Shown here: in pieces, positions 63,597-64,000 of the stretch
Layout: every line of letters begins with the position of its first letter
How positions within the stretch are numbered: the stretch's first letter is position 1
NCBI GenBank assembly: GCA_902826025.1
Contig: CADEDH010000003.1
Span: 21,743-85,742, forward strand
Origin: an uncultured Actinomycetes bacterium
GTDB taxonomy: Bacteria; Actinomycetota; Acidimicrobiia; Acidimicrobiales; SZUA-35
Length of the DNA stretch: 64,000 nucleotides
Direction: 5' to 3'
Position numbers and translations under genes: made by a program
Notes under the pieces: model-generated
Seen by the model: the letters and a program-made list of their open reading frames with translations, nothing else
Database searches by the model: none
Told to the model about the DNA's origin: nothing

Positions 63597-64000
63597 ATGG
63601 CTGCCGTCCTCCCATCGTCGATCCTGGCCGAGGCGAGGGCCCGTCACGTCCTGCGGGCCTCCCGCCTGCCCTACAAGGGGCCGCTGGAGCGGGCCAGCAG
63701 CACCCGCAACGAGATCTGGCTGACCGACCGTCACGTGGTGCGGGTCAACCGCACGCTCAGTCACCGCCTCCGTCGGGAGGCCGCCCTCTACCCCCACCTG
63801 CCCGCCGCCCCCTGGGCTCCCCGCCTGGTGGCCGCCGGCCGGGCCGAGCACGACTACCTCGTGGTGGAACGCCGCCCGGGCCGTCCCCTGGCCCACTGTT
63901 GGCCCGACCTCGACCGGTCCCAGCGGCGCCGGGCCGTGGCCCAGCTGGCCAGCTGCCTGCGGGCCATCCACGCCACGCCGGCCCCGGCCGAGATCGCGCC
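63597..64000 (+). CDS. phosphotransferase (APH/choline-kinase-like) family protein, 3' end outside window
   Basis: My own translation from the ATG at 63597 is MAAVLPSSILAEARARHVLRASRLPYKGPLERASSTRNEIWLTDRHVVRVNRTLSHRLRREAALYPHLP...DYLVVERRPGRPLAH...LRAIH. This is the typical N-lobe pattern of aminoglycoside/homoserine-kinase-type phosphotransferases. The frame stays open to the window end. Confidence 0.6.
   Translation, partial: MAAVLPSSILAEARARHVLRASRLPYKGPLERASSTRNEIWLTDRHVVRVNRTLSHRLRREAALYPHLPAAPWAPRLVAAGRAEHDYLVVERRPGRPLAHCWPDLDRSQRRRAVAQLASCLRAIHATPAPAEIA

Overview
This is a GC-rich chromosomal segment with strong G/C bias at third codon positions. As a result, the six-frame track is full of long Arg/Pro/Gly-rich shadow ORFs, and I kept only frames with protein-like composition and recognisable family motifs. 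All family calls come from motifs read by eye; no searches were run. Gene content looks like an aerobic Actinomycetota-type organism (inference). I support about 58 protein genes and one tRNA-Gly(GCC). I saw no rRNA, CRISPR array, transposase or integrase.

Layout:
- 1-6.2 kb: a TetR tail and two methyl-accepting chemotaxis proteins flanking a translationally coupled acyl-CoA dehydrogenase pair.
- 6.3-15.2 kb: an oxidative catabolic island with an SDR, a Baeyer-Villiger monooxygenase, a LigB-type extradiol dioxygenase, an amidohydrolase-2 protein, an RraA/HMG-aldolase-like protein, a Rieske oxygenase, a luciferase-like monooxygenase and a C-C hydrolase.
- 15.3-25.3 kb: a contiguous urtABCDE-ureABCFGD urea uptake and urease block.
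- 25.4-32.6 kb: an MFS transporter, a DUF2786 protein, a DOPA-dioxygenase-like protein, an amino-acid ABC transporter and small ChaB/Rho_N and DUF2510 proteins.
- 32.7-39.1 kb (minus strand): the most interesting locus. It is a tightly coupled operon of diaminobutyrate aminotransferase, a Pls-type membrane-embedded single-module NRPS (A-T followed by three TM-flanked hexapeptide-repeat domains) and a JmjC/cupin oxygenase. It is preceded on the same strand by a GGDEF-EAL protein, a DUF5658-like membrane protein and an output-less GAF-PAS protein.
- 43.5-55.6 kb: an S8 protease with a Trp-repeat tail, a second BVMO, small lipoproteins, a GT87-like membrane glycosyltransferase, hydrolases, an enoyl-CoA hydratase, a pterin dehydratase, secreted unknowns and a large LuxR (LAL) regulator.
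- 55.6-56.5 kb: about 0.9 kb with no convincing gene and locally lower GC, next to the tRNA-Gly.
- 56.6-64 kb: a minus-strand housekeeping-like run (DEAD helicase, orphan N6-adenine DNA methyltransferase, metX, Fpg/Nei, repeat protein), then a beta-lactamase-family hydrolase and a truncated phosphotransferase.
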